IMG/VR virus record: IMGVR_UViG_3300030580_000287
Source: an uncultured virus (IMG/VR IMGVR_UViG_3300030580_000287)
Taxonomy: Duplodnaviria; Heunggongvirae; Uroviricota; Caudoviricetes
DNA: 64,000 nt
Strand: one strand, 5' to 3'
Position numbers and translations under genes: made by a program. A model generated the notes under the pieces. The model was not told the origin of the DNA, made no database searches, and worked only from the letters and a program-made list of their open reading frames with translations. This document shows, piece by piece, positions 38,823 to 47,902 of this stretch (its first letter is position 1; every line of letters begins with the position of its first letter).

Positions 38823-39146
38823 ATGACTGATCAGAGAGAAAATTTTTCGACTAATAACGACGGAGCGATAGTAATAAAATACGATGATATGCTGCGCTTC
38901 ATGAACGCCAAATTCAGCTCAACCACTTGCATTCAATGCGGGGAGAGTAAGGGCTGGACTGTGGATACAGGCAACACTTCGGGATACGACCCATCCAAGC
39001 TAACAATTTATAAAATGGAATATGCGACGGGAGTGATTTATCGTCCATTTGTCGTAATGTCCTGCAATAACTGCGCAACAATCCGTCAAATGTCTGCAAG
39101 TACCGTCGACGAATGGATAAGAAACAACCCGGAGATGAACGAATGA
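38823..39146 (+). CDS. Zn-ribbon hypothetical protein
   Basis: CIQC...CNNC; AT-rich. Confidence 0.65.
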   Translation: MTDQRENFSTNNDGAIVIKYDDMLRFMNAKFSSTTCIQCGESKGWTVDTGNTSGYDPSKLTIYKMEYATGVIYRPFVVMSCNNCATIRQMSASTVDEWIRNNPEMNE

Positions 39147-39664
39147 CCGTTCATCACGGCCCATGGGATCATGACACCAGACCTAGGCACAGCGATGGCG
39201 TAGCGGAGAAGACATCAAAACTGGACGCTGCTGAAGATTTACCCCATTCTAATTTCATGACAGACATTACTCGCGAAGAATTCAATGCCAAGCTCGAGAC
39301 CATCGAAGTCAAGATGGATGCTCGTGTTGAATCTGTGTCAGCAAAAATCGAAGGGTTTCTTGCTGTGCAGGTTGAGCGTGATAAGCGTCTCGACGCTGTT
39401 ATTGCTCAAATCAGCAAGGATAACGGAGAAACAAAGTCCAGCATCAGCTCTATGAAAACTACGCTCATAGTCACTGCTGTCTCGACTGTGTTAGCAATCG
39501 TGCTCGGTGTAGCGGGTTTCAATACAGCACTTACATCCAATATGCTTGGCGCCTTCCAGTTAGGCAAAAGTGACCAGGCCAGAGCATCGGAAGCGATCAC
39601 AACGCAGGCGCCCAGGGTTGCCATTCCTCCGCCCTCAACACCTCCTGCGGCGCAGCAGAAATAA
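39143..39664 (+). CDS. Coiled-coil protein with C-terminal TM segment
   Basis: ITREEFNAKLETIE...; TM LIVTAVSTVLAIVLGV; ATGA overlap (alternative start 39257). Confidence 0.65.
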   Translation: MTVHHGPWDHDTRPRHSDGVAEKTSKLDAAEDLPHSNFMTDITREEFNAKLETIEVKMDARVESVSAKIEGFLAVQVERDKRLDAVIAQISKDNGETKSSISSMKTTLIVTAVSTVLAIVLGVAGFNTALTSNMLGAFQLGKSDQARASEAITTQAPRVAIPPPSTPPAAQQK

Positions 39665-39841
39665 CTTAAGAAAGCCCGGCCCGCGCCGGGCTTCTTGTTT
39701 CTACGACATCCTTTTCACCCACCATTCACAGGACGGGGCGCAAATTGCCTCGACTCCTTTGCAGAATCCCTTTAGGCCCGTACGCGGGTCATTTTTTTGC
39801 CTGTTGCTACGCTTTCCATGCCATCGAATGGAGTCGAAGCC

Positions 39842-40060
39842 ATGTCCGCCCCACAATACTCACTCCCTGATACGCTTGAACGAATCTATGAGAACCAGCT
39901 CGCCCTAGAAGCGGCACTGATGGAGCTGACCCTTCTCGTCGAGAACCTGGGCCATGACGTGGCCGGAGATAACGTACGCGGCGCTCTGCACACCATTGGT
40001 GAGAACGCTGGGCATATCAAGCAGGGGGTGGCTAGGTTGAGGGCACAAGGGCCGGATTGA
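39842..40060 (+). CDS. Small hypothetical protein, paralogue of 60663-60872
   Basis: YENQLAL...MEL...NVRG.LHTI shared with the other copy. Confidence 0.65.
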   Translation: MSAPQYSLPDTLERIYENQLALEAALMELTLLVENLGHDVAGDNVRGALHTIGENAGHIKQGVARLRAQGPD

Positions 40061-41294
40061 TCGCCAGGGGGAGGGCAGTGACGATCTCGCTCATCGTCGC
40101 TTTATCTTGCTCAAAGTAGGTGGCGCCGGTGTGTGTAATTGCGAGCTGATAGTTCCCGATCTCGACGACATCCACCAAAGCAAACAGTGAGATCAGGTCT
40201 AGCCCTTCGGCTCTACCAATCTCAGTATTTGGCGCGTCATTCCCCTCATCCAGAATGGCTGCAAACTCTTTGGCTTCTTCGTGAGTACTGAAAAGCTCAA
40301 GTATTTCCGCCGACCAAATTTTATTCTGATCGCGATGTACCAACGTATCTGGGGAGCCTGGGCTTCCCAGATAATAAGCGTGCCTGTTCGCGAGAGCTTG
40401 AGTGTCCGGATGATTGGGGCCGCGACGTATTATCCAAGCGCCGTTAGGGCCCTTCCTGCTGATATGCGGGATGAGGACATATTGCTTGATGGTTGGCTCT
40501 TCATCGAACGGGTTGTACGGCAAAGCAGGGCGCCCCAAATTCAAAGCTGTTGCTCCGCAGGTAAACCTCACGCGATAGCTATCTGATGATTCCCAGACTC
40601 CTACAGGCTCGTACCTGGCCATCAATCGAATTATCGCAGGTATCAGCACCTGGGATTTCTTGCCCATCATGGGCGCCATTCGAAGGAGCTTTTTATCCCG
40701 TACGCTGATTTCTTCCGCAGGAACTGGCTCCAGGTCTGCTGCGGTAATCTCAACGAACTCCCACTCAAGTAGTCCTTCTTTCTCTTGCGCCGCTAGCTCA
40801 TGCAGTCGTTCGGGCTCCATGTACAGTTGCTCTGCTCGTAACGGTATCGAGTCTGTCTCTCGCGTTGCTCGGCCGGCGCCGGGGTCTGGCTTAATTGAAT
40901 CAATCGCCGATCTCCATCTGCAATCGGGCTTGGTCCAGATAAGGATTGCGTCAGGGAATACCACACCTGATGTGCTGCTATCCGGAGTTCCAAAGTAGTA
41001 GCGAACATACTGGAGGGCGCCGAAGAACGTCTTCGTTATCGTCGGAGGCGCAGGGTGATTCCCTTCAATGAGCTTGTACTCAAGGACAAGGTCCAAATCT
41101 CCGCAAGTTATTGCACCTCGGGCATACGAGCCGACCACCCATAGCGAAGTAATCTCGAGCTGGGACGTCACTGCCTTGTTAAAGAAGTCTCTGTGAGCGA
41201 TAACCCGTGTGGATGCCTCGTCTAGCCTCTGGCAGATCCGCACGAGCTTTTTGGTGAACGATTCGCGTGGATCACGCTTTTCAGCTACGGCCAT
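40032..41294 (-). CDS. Pol-beta superfamily nucleotidyltransferase with long unknown C-terminal region
   Basis: LWVVGSYARG...GDLDLVL motif. Confidence 0.7.
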   Translation of the reverse strand: MAVAEKRDPRESFTKKLVRICQRLDEASTRVIAHRDFFNKAVTSQLEITSLWVVGSYARGAITCGDLDLVLEYKLIEGNHPAPPTITKTFFGALQYVRYYFGTPDSSTSGVVFPDAILIWTKPDCRWRSAIDSIKPDPGAGRATRETDSIPLRAEQLYMEPERLHELAAQEKEGLLEWEFVEITAADLEPVPAEEISVRDKKLLRMAPMMGKKSQVLIPAIIRLMARYEPVGVWESSDSYRVRFTCGATALNLGRPALPYNPFDEEPTIKQYVLIPHISRKGPNGAWIIRRGPNHPDTQALANRHAYYLGSPGSPDTLVHRDQNKIWSAEILELFSTHEEAKEFAAILDEGNDAPNTEIGRAEGLDLISLFALVDVVEIGNYQLAITHTGATYFEQDKATMSEIVTALPLAINPALVPST

Positions 41295-41467
41295 GCTCTC
41301 ATCTCTACAGCGGCGCCCAGGGAAGGGCTTGTAAATTCACCGTATCACTCGGGTCAGCTAAATCGCCATTAGCAGACGGTATAGCGATCATTCAATCTAC
41401 AGGTGTTTTTCCATGGAATAAAAAAGCTCGGTATTTACCGAGCTTTTATGCTTTCAGAAAACTTTTT

Positions 41468-41773
41468 TCATGCGCATTCTGGAGCACGCTGGACCTCTTG
41501 CGCGATCTCAGCACCATGGTCAATCTCTGCCTTCCGCAAGTCATAGGCCGACTGGAGATTCGCCCAGAACTGCGGGCTTGTATCGAAACATGCCGCTAAA
41601 CGTAGGGCTACGTCTGCGCTGATATTGCGGCGACCATGCACGATCTCCAATACTGTTGGAGGAGAGACATTCAATAGCCTCGCCAGAGCTGTTGGGCAGA
41701 GGTCCATTGGGTTGAGATATTCCTCGATGAGAACTTCGCCCGGGTGGACAGGGCGCATACCGTTAGTAAACAC
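41468..41773 (-). CDS. higA: HigA antitoxin
   Basis: MRPVHPGEVL.EEYL...ALRLA..F.TSPQFWANLQ..YDL. Confidence 0.92.
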   Translation of the reverse strand: MFTNGMRPVHPGEVLIEEYLNPMDLCPTALARLLNVSPPTVLEIVHGRRNISADVALRLAACFDTSPQFWANLQSAYDLRKAEIDHGAEIAQEVQRAPECA

Positions 41774-41782
41774 AATTTCACC

Positions 41783-42061
41783 TCAGTGGTAGTCTACAAT
41801 TTCAACGTTTTCTGGCCCAGTAGCACCCCAGATGAAGCAAATTCGATACTGATCATTAATTCGGATGCTGTGTTGACCTTGTCGGTTCCCTTGTAGTGCT
41901 TCCAGCCGATTACCGGGCGGAGACTTCAGATCCTGAATGCTTGTCGCCGCATGGAGCATGTTCAATTTCCGCTGTGCCGGCATTAAAATTGCTGCCCACC
42001 TTCGTGAGAGCCCTGTCGTAAAGAGGCTTTGGGTGTCGCCGCAACGGAAGCTGATGATCAT
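41783..42061 (-). CDS. higB: HigB toxin (RelE family)
   Basis: PPGNRLEAL.G.R.GQHSIRINDQYRICF.W...VEIVDYH; TTAACGTTAG operator-like palindrome at 42071. Confidence 0.92.
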   Translation of the reverse strand: MIISFRCGDTQSLFTTGLSRRWAAILMPAQRKLNMLHAATSIQDLKSPPGNRLEALQGNRQGQHSIRINDQYRICFIWGATGPENVEIVDYH

Positions 42062-42291
42062 TATTAACGCTTAACGTTAGTCGTTAATGGGGATTGTAGC
42101 GTCACTACCGGAAGTCAAGTGCAATCCCGATGAGTGGTAGCATCGGTTGATCCTCCCCCGTACTCGCGCACCACGATGAGCGCTTGTGCACCATCAAGCA
42201 GCTGTCAGAACATGCTCGGGCATTTGTAGAGATTGATCGTCGAGCTATTCAGCTCGGCGCTACCAGCCAGGTGAAGCGTTTGGGTGGTGGC

Positions 42292-42498
42292 TCACCGTCT
42301 CTTGAGCATGTCTTGGACATCACTTGCGTAGCTACTGGCAGATTCAGCGGAATCGTATGCGTCATCAGCAGAGTCCCTAGCTTCCCTGGCGAAGTATACG
42401 GATGCGCCAGCTAGTATCAGCGTGACCAGGTTGGTTGCTATCAAAAGCTTTAGCAGTTTATTCGTGTCCATATTGCCTCCCATTAGAAGCATGACCAA
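42292..42498 (-). CDS. Small single-TM protein
   Basis: Hydrophobic segment then charged tail; likely start at MDTNK with GGAGG RBS. Confidence 0.5.
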   Translation of the reverse strand: MVMLLMGGNMDTNKLLKLLIATNLVTLILAGASVYFAREARDSADDAYDSAESASSYASDVQDMLKRR

Positions 42499-42544
42499 TA
42501 TCCAATAAATTATCGCGTCAGCCGGTCTGTGGACGATTAGCGCG

Positions 42545-42985
42545 CTATGCCGTCTGTGTCGGATCCGTCTTTCGTATGCCCGAGCATCTAGGATATTGAG
42601 AGCAGCCGAAGAATGTCCTGCCTGCGTAACGTCCCTTTCTCGCCGTACGCGGAACTACGCTACTTCCGCAAAGTGGACACAACCCGAGTTGCCCCCAATC
42701 TGAAGCAGCTGGCTTCGGGGGGAGTAAAGCCTGGGCGGCTTCGCGTTCTCTGCGATCCCGGGCTTTAGATCGGCCGCTGAAGAAGGAATAGATGGCTATC
42801 CCAGCTCCGATTATCAGTAAAAAGATGAATCCGCCGGCGCCTCCGCTGCCTCTCCCTGAGCTTCGTCCGCGCCCGGAGCCTCTTCCTCCACCTCCGCCGT
42901 GGCCGCCCCGAGCAAAAGCCGGTGTGGTTATGGTGAGCAGTGCGAGCGTTAACAGTGCCCTACGGCTCATCTCCTTTTTGTCCAT
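42545..42985 (-). CDS. Membrane protein with topoisomerase-type C4 zinc ribbon
   Basis: Signal-like N-terminus, Gly-rich linker, TM, CPLCG...FFGCSQYPRC. Confidence 0.7.
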   Translation of the reverse strand: MDKKEMSRRALLTLALLTITTPAFARGGHGGGGGRGSGRGRSSGRGSGGAGGFIFLLIIGAGIAIYSFFSGRSKARDRREREAAQALLPPKPAASDWGQLGLCPLCGSSVVPRTARKGRYAGRTFFGCSQYPRCSGIRKTDPTQTA

Positions 42986-43202
42986 GCTGGCTCCGTGCCT
43001 TATCAGCGGTTTGCTGACTGTACCAACCCCTGGTGCTGGCCTCAACGCCTTCGAGCCCAGTCGCTCATGGTGTGTTCCTCGGATGAGCCGTAGGGCTATT
43101 ACATTTTGCTAACGGGCTGGTTAGACTGTGCCATCGCTGGTTGGATAGCCAGTATATGAGAGGTGGTTCCACCGTCTTTAAATCAGACAACCTATTTCAA
43201 AA

Positions 43203-44228
43203 ATGAACCCTGAGGAGGGCGCAGAAATGGAGCGTATTTATCGCCTTCTGGATTGGGTTGACTTGGCTCAAGCTGTGGATTGGCTCGGCAAGCTCACGGG
43301 GTCGCCCGTAGGTGAGGGGGAATTATCGAAGCTGGTGTTTTCGAAGCAGTGTGACGCCTATATCCAGGCACTCGGGTTGAAGGGCTACTACATTAACGAT
43401 GAGGGATTCGAAGTAGATGTTATCGGCCGTGGCTTTCAGCTAGTTCTTGGTATCGAAACTCTTAGAAAAGCTGACAAAAAAAATGGCAAACCGGAGAAGC
43501 GCAGATTTAGTCTTGAGGGTGCGCGGTATGAGCCAGACCCATACGACAACGAGGTAACTCTTGTCGCTGACTATGACTACTGGGAGGCCATTACGGAAGA
43601 TGAGAATGGCTATCCTGTGTATTTCAAGCCTGCTGACATTGAAGCCTTGGCCGCTAGAATTAACAACGCGCCCGAACAGCCTGATACTGCACAGCTTGAA
43701 GATCTGCGGCTGCAGCTTGAGCAAGAAAAAGTAGCGCGAGAAGCGGTCGAAGCCGAGCTTCAAGGACGACGTGCCCAAGATGGCAAAAGAGCTCTGGTCG
43801 ATATGAAAAATATGCTTATGCATGACCACAAAGAGTTTGTAGCTATGCAGGAGCGTGCAGAACAGGCCGAACGAATGGTTACGGCTTTGGACCGGCAATT
43901 AACTGACTATATAGAAAAGATTCGAGCTGGTGACAAACTCATCGAAGGGTTGACCCAGGAGTTACGGAAACGTCATTCCCACGAGCGCCTTCCAACCTAG
44001 GTCACTGAATTAGTCAGTGGCTTGTACTTTCCCTACGCAACTAAACAACTCGAGGCTATGAGGGATGCAGCACTGACTCATTGGAAAGATCACGACAGAT
44101 CCAAGCCGGCACCCTACGGCATCCAAAAGACGGTAGCTACGTTCCTAGCCTCTCGCACTGGAGAGAACGCTAGGAAGCTCGCTGAATTAGCAGCAGCCAT
44201 CAAGCCTGACGATCTTCCAAAAGCCTGA
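43203..44228 (+). pseudogene. Hypothetical gene split by in-frame TAG (43998-44000)
   Basis: ORFs 43203-44000 and 44022-44228 share a frame with a single stop between them. Confidence 0.55.
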
Positions 44229-44283
44229 CATAACAACCTGACATAGTGTCATGTCAGTATGTCAGGTCTATCTGACAAGTGTC
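44224..44283. repeat. Cluster of TGACA/TGTCA repeats
   Basis: CCTGACATA twice, TGTCA, ATGTCAG, TATGTCAGG, CTGACA within 60 bp. Confidence 0.8.
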
Positions 44284-44535
44284 GCTATCCCTCAATCTGT
44301 TTCCAGTCCCAATCAATGGCAGGAAACAGCATGACCGACTTGAATGATCATTCGACGCAATTGGCGAGTGCCACGATCTATAAGTATTTCGCGCGATTCT
44401 GTTCTCAAGATTTTGAGAAAACTCTGAAAAGAGGCAGTGCTTTACATCGATTCGTACAGACATTAAAAACCGACGGGCCGCGCTTGACTCATTTGATCCA
44501 GTTATGATGATCACCACAACTGGATATGAGAATGT

Positions 44536-44967
44536 CTAAGTTTTCTTGCCGAGCATCTCAAGGAGTTTGGCATAGCCGCCAGGAATCTCAGCCTCCAGCT
44601 GCTCCATCAAGTCGGGGTTTCTATCCATACGGTCCTTCATTCCGGCCGCGACTATCTTGTTTACTGCCTGCTCAAAGGAGATGCCTTCTCTGGCAGCAAA
44701 GTCTTCAATTGCTTTTTCCTCTGAGGCTTTAAGCATCAAGGTAATTTCACGGCCTTCGTCATCGCTACCTTCGCCGGATAGCTCCTCCGCTGTCACTCCT
44801 AATGTTTCGGCAAGCTTGAGTAGAACCCCGAGACGCGGTTTTGCCTTCGAGGCTTCGTAGCGAGAAATCTGAGACCAAGTTATGCCGACAGCGCCTGCCA
44901 GTTCCCGCTGTGTCATGTTGGCCGCTGCCCTAGCTCGGGCTAACCGCTTGCCAAACAATGCGTCCAA
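44536..44967 (-). CDS. XRE-family HTH repressor
   Basis: FGKRLARAR...MTQRELA...SQISRYE...PR...KLAETLGV. Confidence 0.88.
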   Translation of the reverse strand: MDALFGKRLARARAAANMTQRELAGAVGITWSQISRYEASKAKPRLGVLLKLAETLGVTAEELSGEGSDDEGREITLMLKASEEKAIEDFAAREGISFEQAVNKIVAAGMKDRMDRNPDLMEQLEAEIPGGYAKLLEMLGKKT

Positions 44968-45002
44968 TTCATGCTCCCGTCAGTGCAAGTAAGGCCATGA
45001 AA

Positions 45003-45047
45003 GTACACGGCTAGGCGTGTACATGCAAAATAAGCAACATGTTGCTT
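45003..45047. promoter_or_regulatory. Operator palindromes between divergent XRE and Arc genes
   Basis: GTACACG-6-CGTGTAC and perfect AAGCAACATGTTGCTT. Confidence 0.6.
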
Positions 45048-45101
45048 TACAAAGGCAACAAGAGGCAATAAAGTCAACGTTCAGACAACGGAGAAAGCTT
45101 C

Positions 45102-45266
45102 ATGAAAGGCGCAGAAAAGAAGGTAGTTGGTGTTCGCATCGTTGTGGCGATGCGAGAGCTCCTTGAAAAAAAGGCAGCTGAGAATGGACGCAGCCTCAGC
45201 AGCGAAATTGTATTCCGGCTGAGAAAATCCCTGGAACGTGAAGATGAGCAAATCAGCCAGGCATAA
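45102..45266 (+). CDS. Arc-family protein (54 aa; below ORF track cut-off)
   Basis: VGVRI...LEKKAAENGRSLSSEIVFRL; GGAG RBS. Confidence 0.8.
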   Translation: MKGAEKKVVGVRIVVAMRELLEKKAAENGRSLSSEIVFRLRKSLEREDEQISQA

Positions 45267-45332
45267 AAAACCCCAGCGCTGGCCGGCGCTGGGGTTGGGA
45301 TTAACGAGATCAACTTCGTGGAAGAAATCGTC

Positions 45333-45644
45333 ATGAATAAGCATACCGAAGTAAACGAAAAACTCAATGCTGGCGCCTTCAAGGGCCCAGTGACCGTGCC
45401 GCTTTCATTCGCGCAGTGCAACATTGAGGGGCAAGATTTGTATGACGTCCGTCCAGGCGTTCCCGCTGTTGATGCTTTGAATCAGGCGTCCTGCACTCTT
45501 CATCGCGTGAAAAAGGCGTTAGAAGACGCGGGAATGGCCGAGCTCATTGTTACGCCAAGCCAAGCATGGTTACTGCATATGGCGATCGAGTCTGCTAAAG
45601 CCGCTATCGACTCAGTCGCTGAAGGTCTGGAGAAAGCACGATGA
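45333..45644 (+). CDS. DUF3077-like protein
   Basis: VRPGVPAVDALNQASC. Confidence 0.6.
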   Translation: MNKHTEVNEKLNAGAFKGPVTVPLSFAQCNIEGQDLYDVRPGVPAVDALNQASCTLHRVKKALEDAGMAELIVTPSQAWLLHMAIESAKAAIDSVAEGLEKAR

Positions 45645-46447
45645 ACACTATCTCCATTCAATCCGAGCAGTCTTCTGATGGTGGGCCACGTTTTCCGCAA
45701 TCGCAAAATGTGGCGCGGACAATGTCGTCTCGCGAAATCGCTGATTTAGTAGGCTCGCGGCATGACAAGGTAAAACAATCAATAGAGCGGTTAGCTGCCC
45801 GCATTGATATCAACGGAAACCCGGTGATAGCTCTTCCCCCAGTGGGGGAATACCTCGACGGTCTAGGCCGGAAGGCCACAGAGTATATGGTCTGCAAGCG
45901 CGACAGCTACATCATCGTCGCCCAGCTCAGTCCCGAATTCACTGCTCGTCTTGTGGATCGTTGGCAGGAACTGGAAGAGATGTCAGCCAGGCCAGCTTTC
46001 GACATTGCCAGCCTGAATGACCCCAAGGTCTTGCTGGCCCTGTTGACTGACAACGTCCGCAAGGTCGTGGCCCTGGAGGCTGACAACACAGAGCTCTCGA
46101 AAGAGAACCACGAGCTGGAAGTGAAGGTGGAGCAGGACGCTCCGAAGGTAGCCTTTCACGACATGGTTGTGGTGTCGCACAAGAAGTACAACGCCGCCCA
46201 GGCTGCGAAGATCATCGGCACCGGACGCACCAGGCTGCTGCAGTTCATGCGGCAGAAAGGTTGGGTGACCCGTTCGAACGAGCCATACCAGGCAAAAATC
46301 GAGGCCGGCCTGCTTGATGTGAAGCTGGGCACCTTCGAGCATCCAATCGACGGCACGATCCCAACGTGCTCCACGTTGATCACCGGGAAGGGCCTGACGA
46401 ATCTGGAAGCTCTGTGGCGGGAGCGAGACGCTGACTTGTTGGCGTAG
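45641..46447 (+). CDS. Rha-family/KilAC(ANT) antirepressor
   Basis: MSSREIA...RHDKV, VAQLSPEFTARLVDRWQELE, APKVAF.D, TLITGKG. Confidence 0.85.
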   Translation: MNTISIQSEQSSDGGPRFPQSQNVARTMSSREIADLVGSRHDKVKQSIERLAARIDINGNPVIALPPVGEYLDGLGRKATEYMVCKRDSYIIVAQLSPEFTARLVDRWQELEEMSARPAFDIASLNDPKVLLALLTDNVRKVVALEADNTELSKENHELEVKVEQDAPKVAFHDMVVVSHKKYNAAQAAKIIGTGRTRLLQFMRQKGWVTRSNEPYQAKIEAGLLDVKLGTFEHPIDGTIPTCSTLITGKGLTNLEALWRERDADLLA

Positions 46448-46532
46448 CAATAAGGAGAGCCCGGCCCAGCGCCGGGCTTTGTTCGAAGGTGTTTAGTAGT
46501 CGCGGCTGCTAATTTAACGTACAGGTAAAAGA

Positions 46533-46567
46533 AGCCACACGTAGCCACACGCAACCACACGCAACCA
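46533..46567. repeat. 10-bp tandem repeat, 3.5 copies
   Basis: AGCCACACGT AGCCACACGC AACCACACGC AACCA. Confidence 0.85.
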
Positions 46568-46628
46568 ATTTTGTTGTATAGTTCGTACATTAGTTAGCAA
46601 ACCGTAGCAACGACTCGAGGAGTGAGTC

Positions 46629-46838
46629 ATGACCAAAGCTAAGGCACAAGTGGTGTCTATCGCCGCTGAACGTGAAGCACAAGAAGCCAAAAAGGCGTTT
46701 CTTGGGCTTTTGCATGCCGACATAGCCGAAAATCCTGGGCGTATTGAGCCGATTTCAGCATCGTTGCTGGGTCGTATAGATCGGCTGCGCGCAAAAGCAC
46801 AAGCAAATCGTGATCGTAGCGAGCTTCTTGAAGGGTAA
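46629..46838 (+). CDS. PrlF-like antitoxin (short)
   Basis: AFLGLLHADIAENPGRIEPI..SL..RI resembles the PrlF C-terminal part; upstream of YhaV-like toxin. Confidence 0.7.
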   Translation: MTKAKAQVVSIAAEREAQEAKKAFLGLLHADIAENPGRIEPISASLLGRIDRLRAKAQANRDRSELLEG

Positions 46839-46841
46839 GAA

Positions 46842-47324
46842 ATGCAGTCAGGGACGATCACGGTTATCAACGATTGGGCGCTATTCGGCCATCCATTATT
46901 CCTAAGTCGTCTAGAAAACTTGCTTGAAGAGATTGAAACCCTCTCGAACGAGGACCCAGACGGCTTTCATCAGCATCCGCACTATAAGCTGCTTGAAAAG
47001 GTAGACAACTCCATTAGAGAGCGAGTACCTGCTAATCCGGCAGCACCTGAGTACCTTCAAGGGAACACCCTCGGGAAAAATTGCCGCCATTGGCGTCGAG
47101 TGAAGGCGGGGCTCCCGAATCGTTATCGCTTATTTTTCCAGTTCAGAAGCGATGCCCCCAAAAGCATCATTTATGCCTGGCTGAACGATGAGGTAACGCT
47201 CCGGAAAGATGGCGCAAGAACTGACGTTTATGCTGTATTCAAAGCAATGCTCAAAAGCGGCGAGGTGCCCACCACCTACGCCGACTTGATGAAAGCATCT
47301 GCGCCAGTGCCGAAGCACGGTTAA
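46842..47324 (+). CDS. YhaV-family toxin (RNase)
   Basis: WALFGHPLF, YLQGNTLG...WRR.K...RYRLFF, IIYAWLNDE.TLR...DVY.VF..ML. Confidence 0.88.
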   Translation: MQSGTITVINDWALFGHPLFLSRLENLLEEIETLSNEDPDGFHQHPHYKLLEKVDNSIRERVPANPAAPEYLQGNTLGKNCRHWRRVKAGLPNRYRLFFQFRSDAPKSIIYAWLNDEVTLRKDGARTDVYAVFKAMLKSGEVPTTYADLMKASAPVPKHG

Positions 47325-47378
47325 TGTCTTGATTTGTTAAACAAAGCCCGGCCATGCGCCGGGCTTTCTGTATCTGGC

Positions 47379-47804
47379 TCAAGGCTTTTCAGCGTTGGCC
47401 TTCTCCAGCAGGGCGGCTATGCCCTCCAGTAGCACCAAGTCCGACTCCTTGAGTCTTCCCTTTGCCGCGGCCCTCGCGAGCTTCTCGATAACCGCAACTG
47501 CTCGCGGCGTAGCCTTGTCCTGAAGGGCCTGATAGGCAGACGCCGCCTCTCGCACCACATCCTGACGAGTGTACTCACCCTCGATCAATGCCGGCCCGTG
47601 CCCATTCGGGTTGACCAGAACACCAGGCGTGAGCCCGATTTTCTTCTCGAGGTTGAGCGCCGCCTTCTCACCCAATGAGCGGTGCCCATTGAGGATCTGT
47701 GACAAATACGAAGCGTCCAGATCGTGCTGGTCGGCGAAGTCTTTCTGGCTGAGTGGGCCGATGACGCGCCGCAGCGCGTCGACCCGAAGAGTTTTGATAT
47801 CCAT
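47379..47804 (-). CDS. cI-like HTH repressor without S24 peptidase domain
   Basis: SQKDFA...SYLSQILNGHRSLGEKAA.NLE; divergent from cro-like gene. Confidence 0.8.
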   Translation of the reverse strand: MDIKTLRVDALRRVIGPLSQKDFADQHDLDASYLSQILNGHRSLGEKAALNLEKKIGLTPGVLVNPNGHGPALIEGEYTRQDVVREAASAYQALQDKATPRAVAVIEKLARAAAKGRLKESDLVLLEGIAALLEKANAEKP

Positions 47805-47824
47805 AGGCGAATAGTGTCCCTGCG

Positions 47825-47878
47825 TTAGCAAACAGTAAATTATAAAATGCTATTGCTATTGAGATTAGCAAAATGTAA
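47825..47878. promoter_or_regulatory. Right operator region (three 14-bp sites)
   Basis: TTAGCAAACAGTAA, reverse ATAGCAATAGCATT, TTAGCAAAATGTAA at ~20-bp spacing. Confidence 0.65.
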
Positions 47879-47902
47879 TCTTGGCTTCTTTCGGAGACAA
47901 AC

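Noticed and set aside
46533..46567. CRISPR array (also the 44224 repeats)
   Set aside because: Units are 5-10 bp with no spacers, and there are no cas genes
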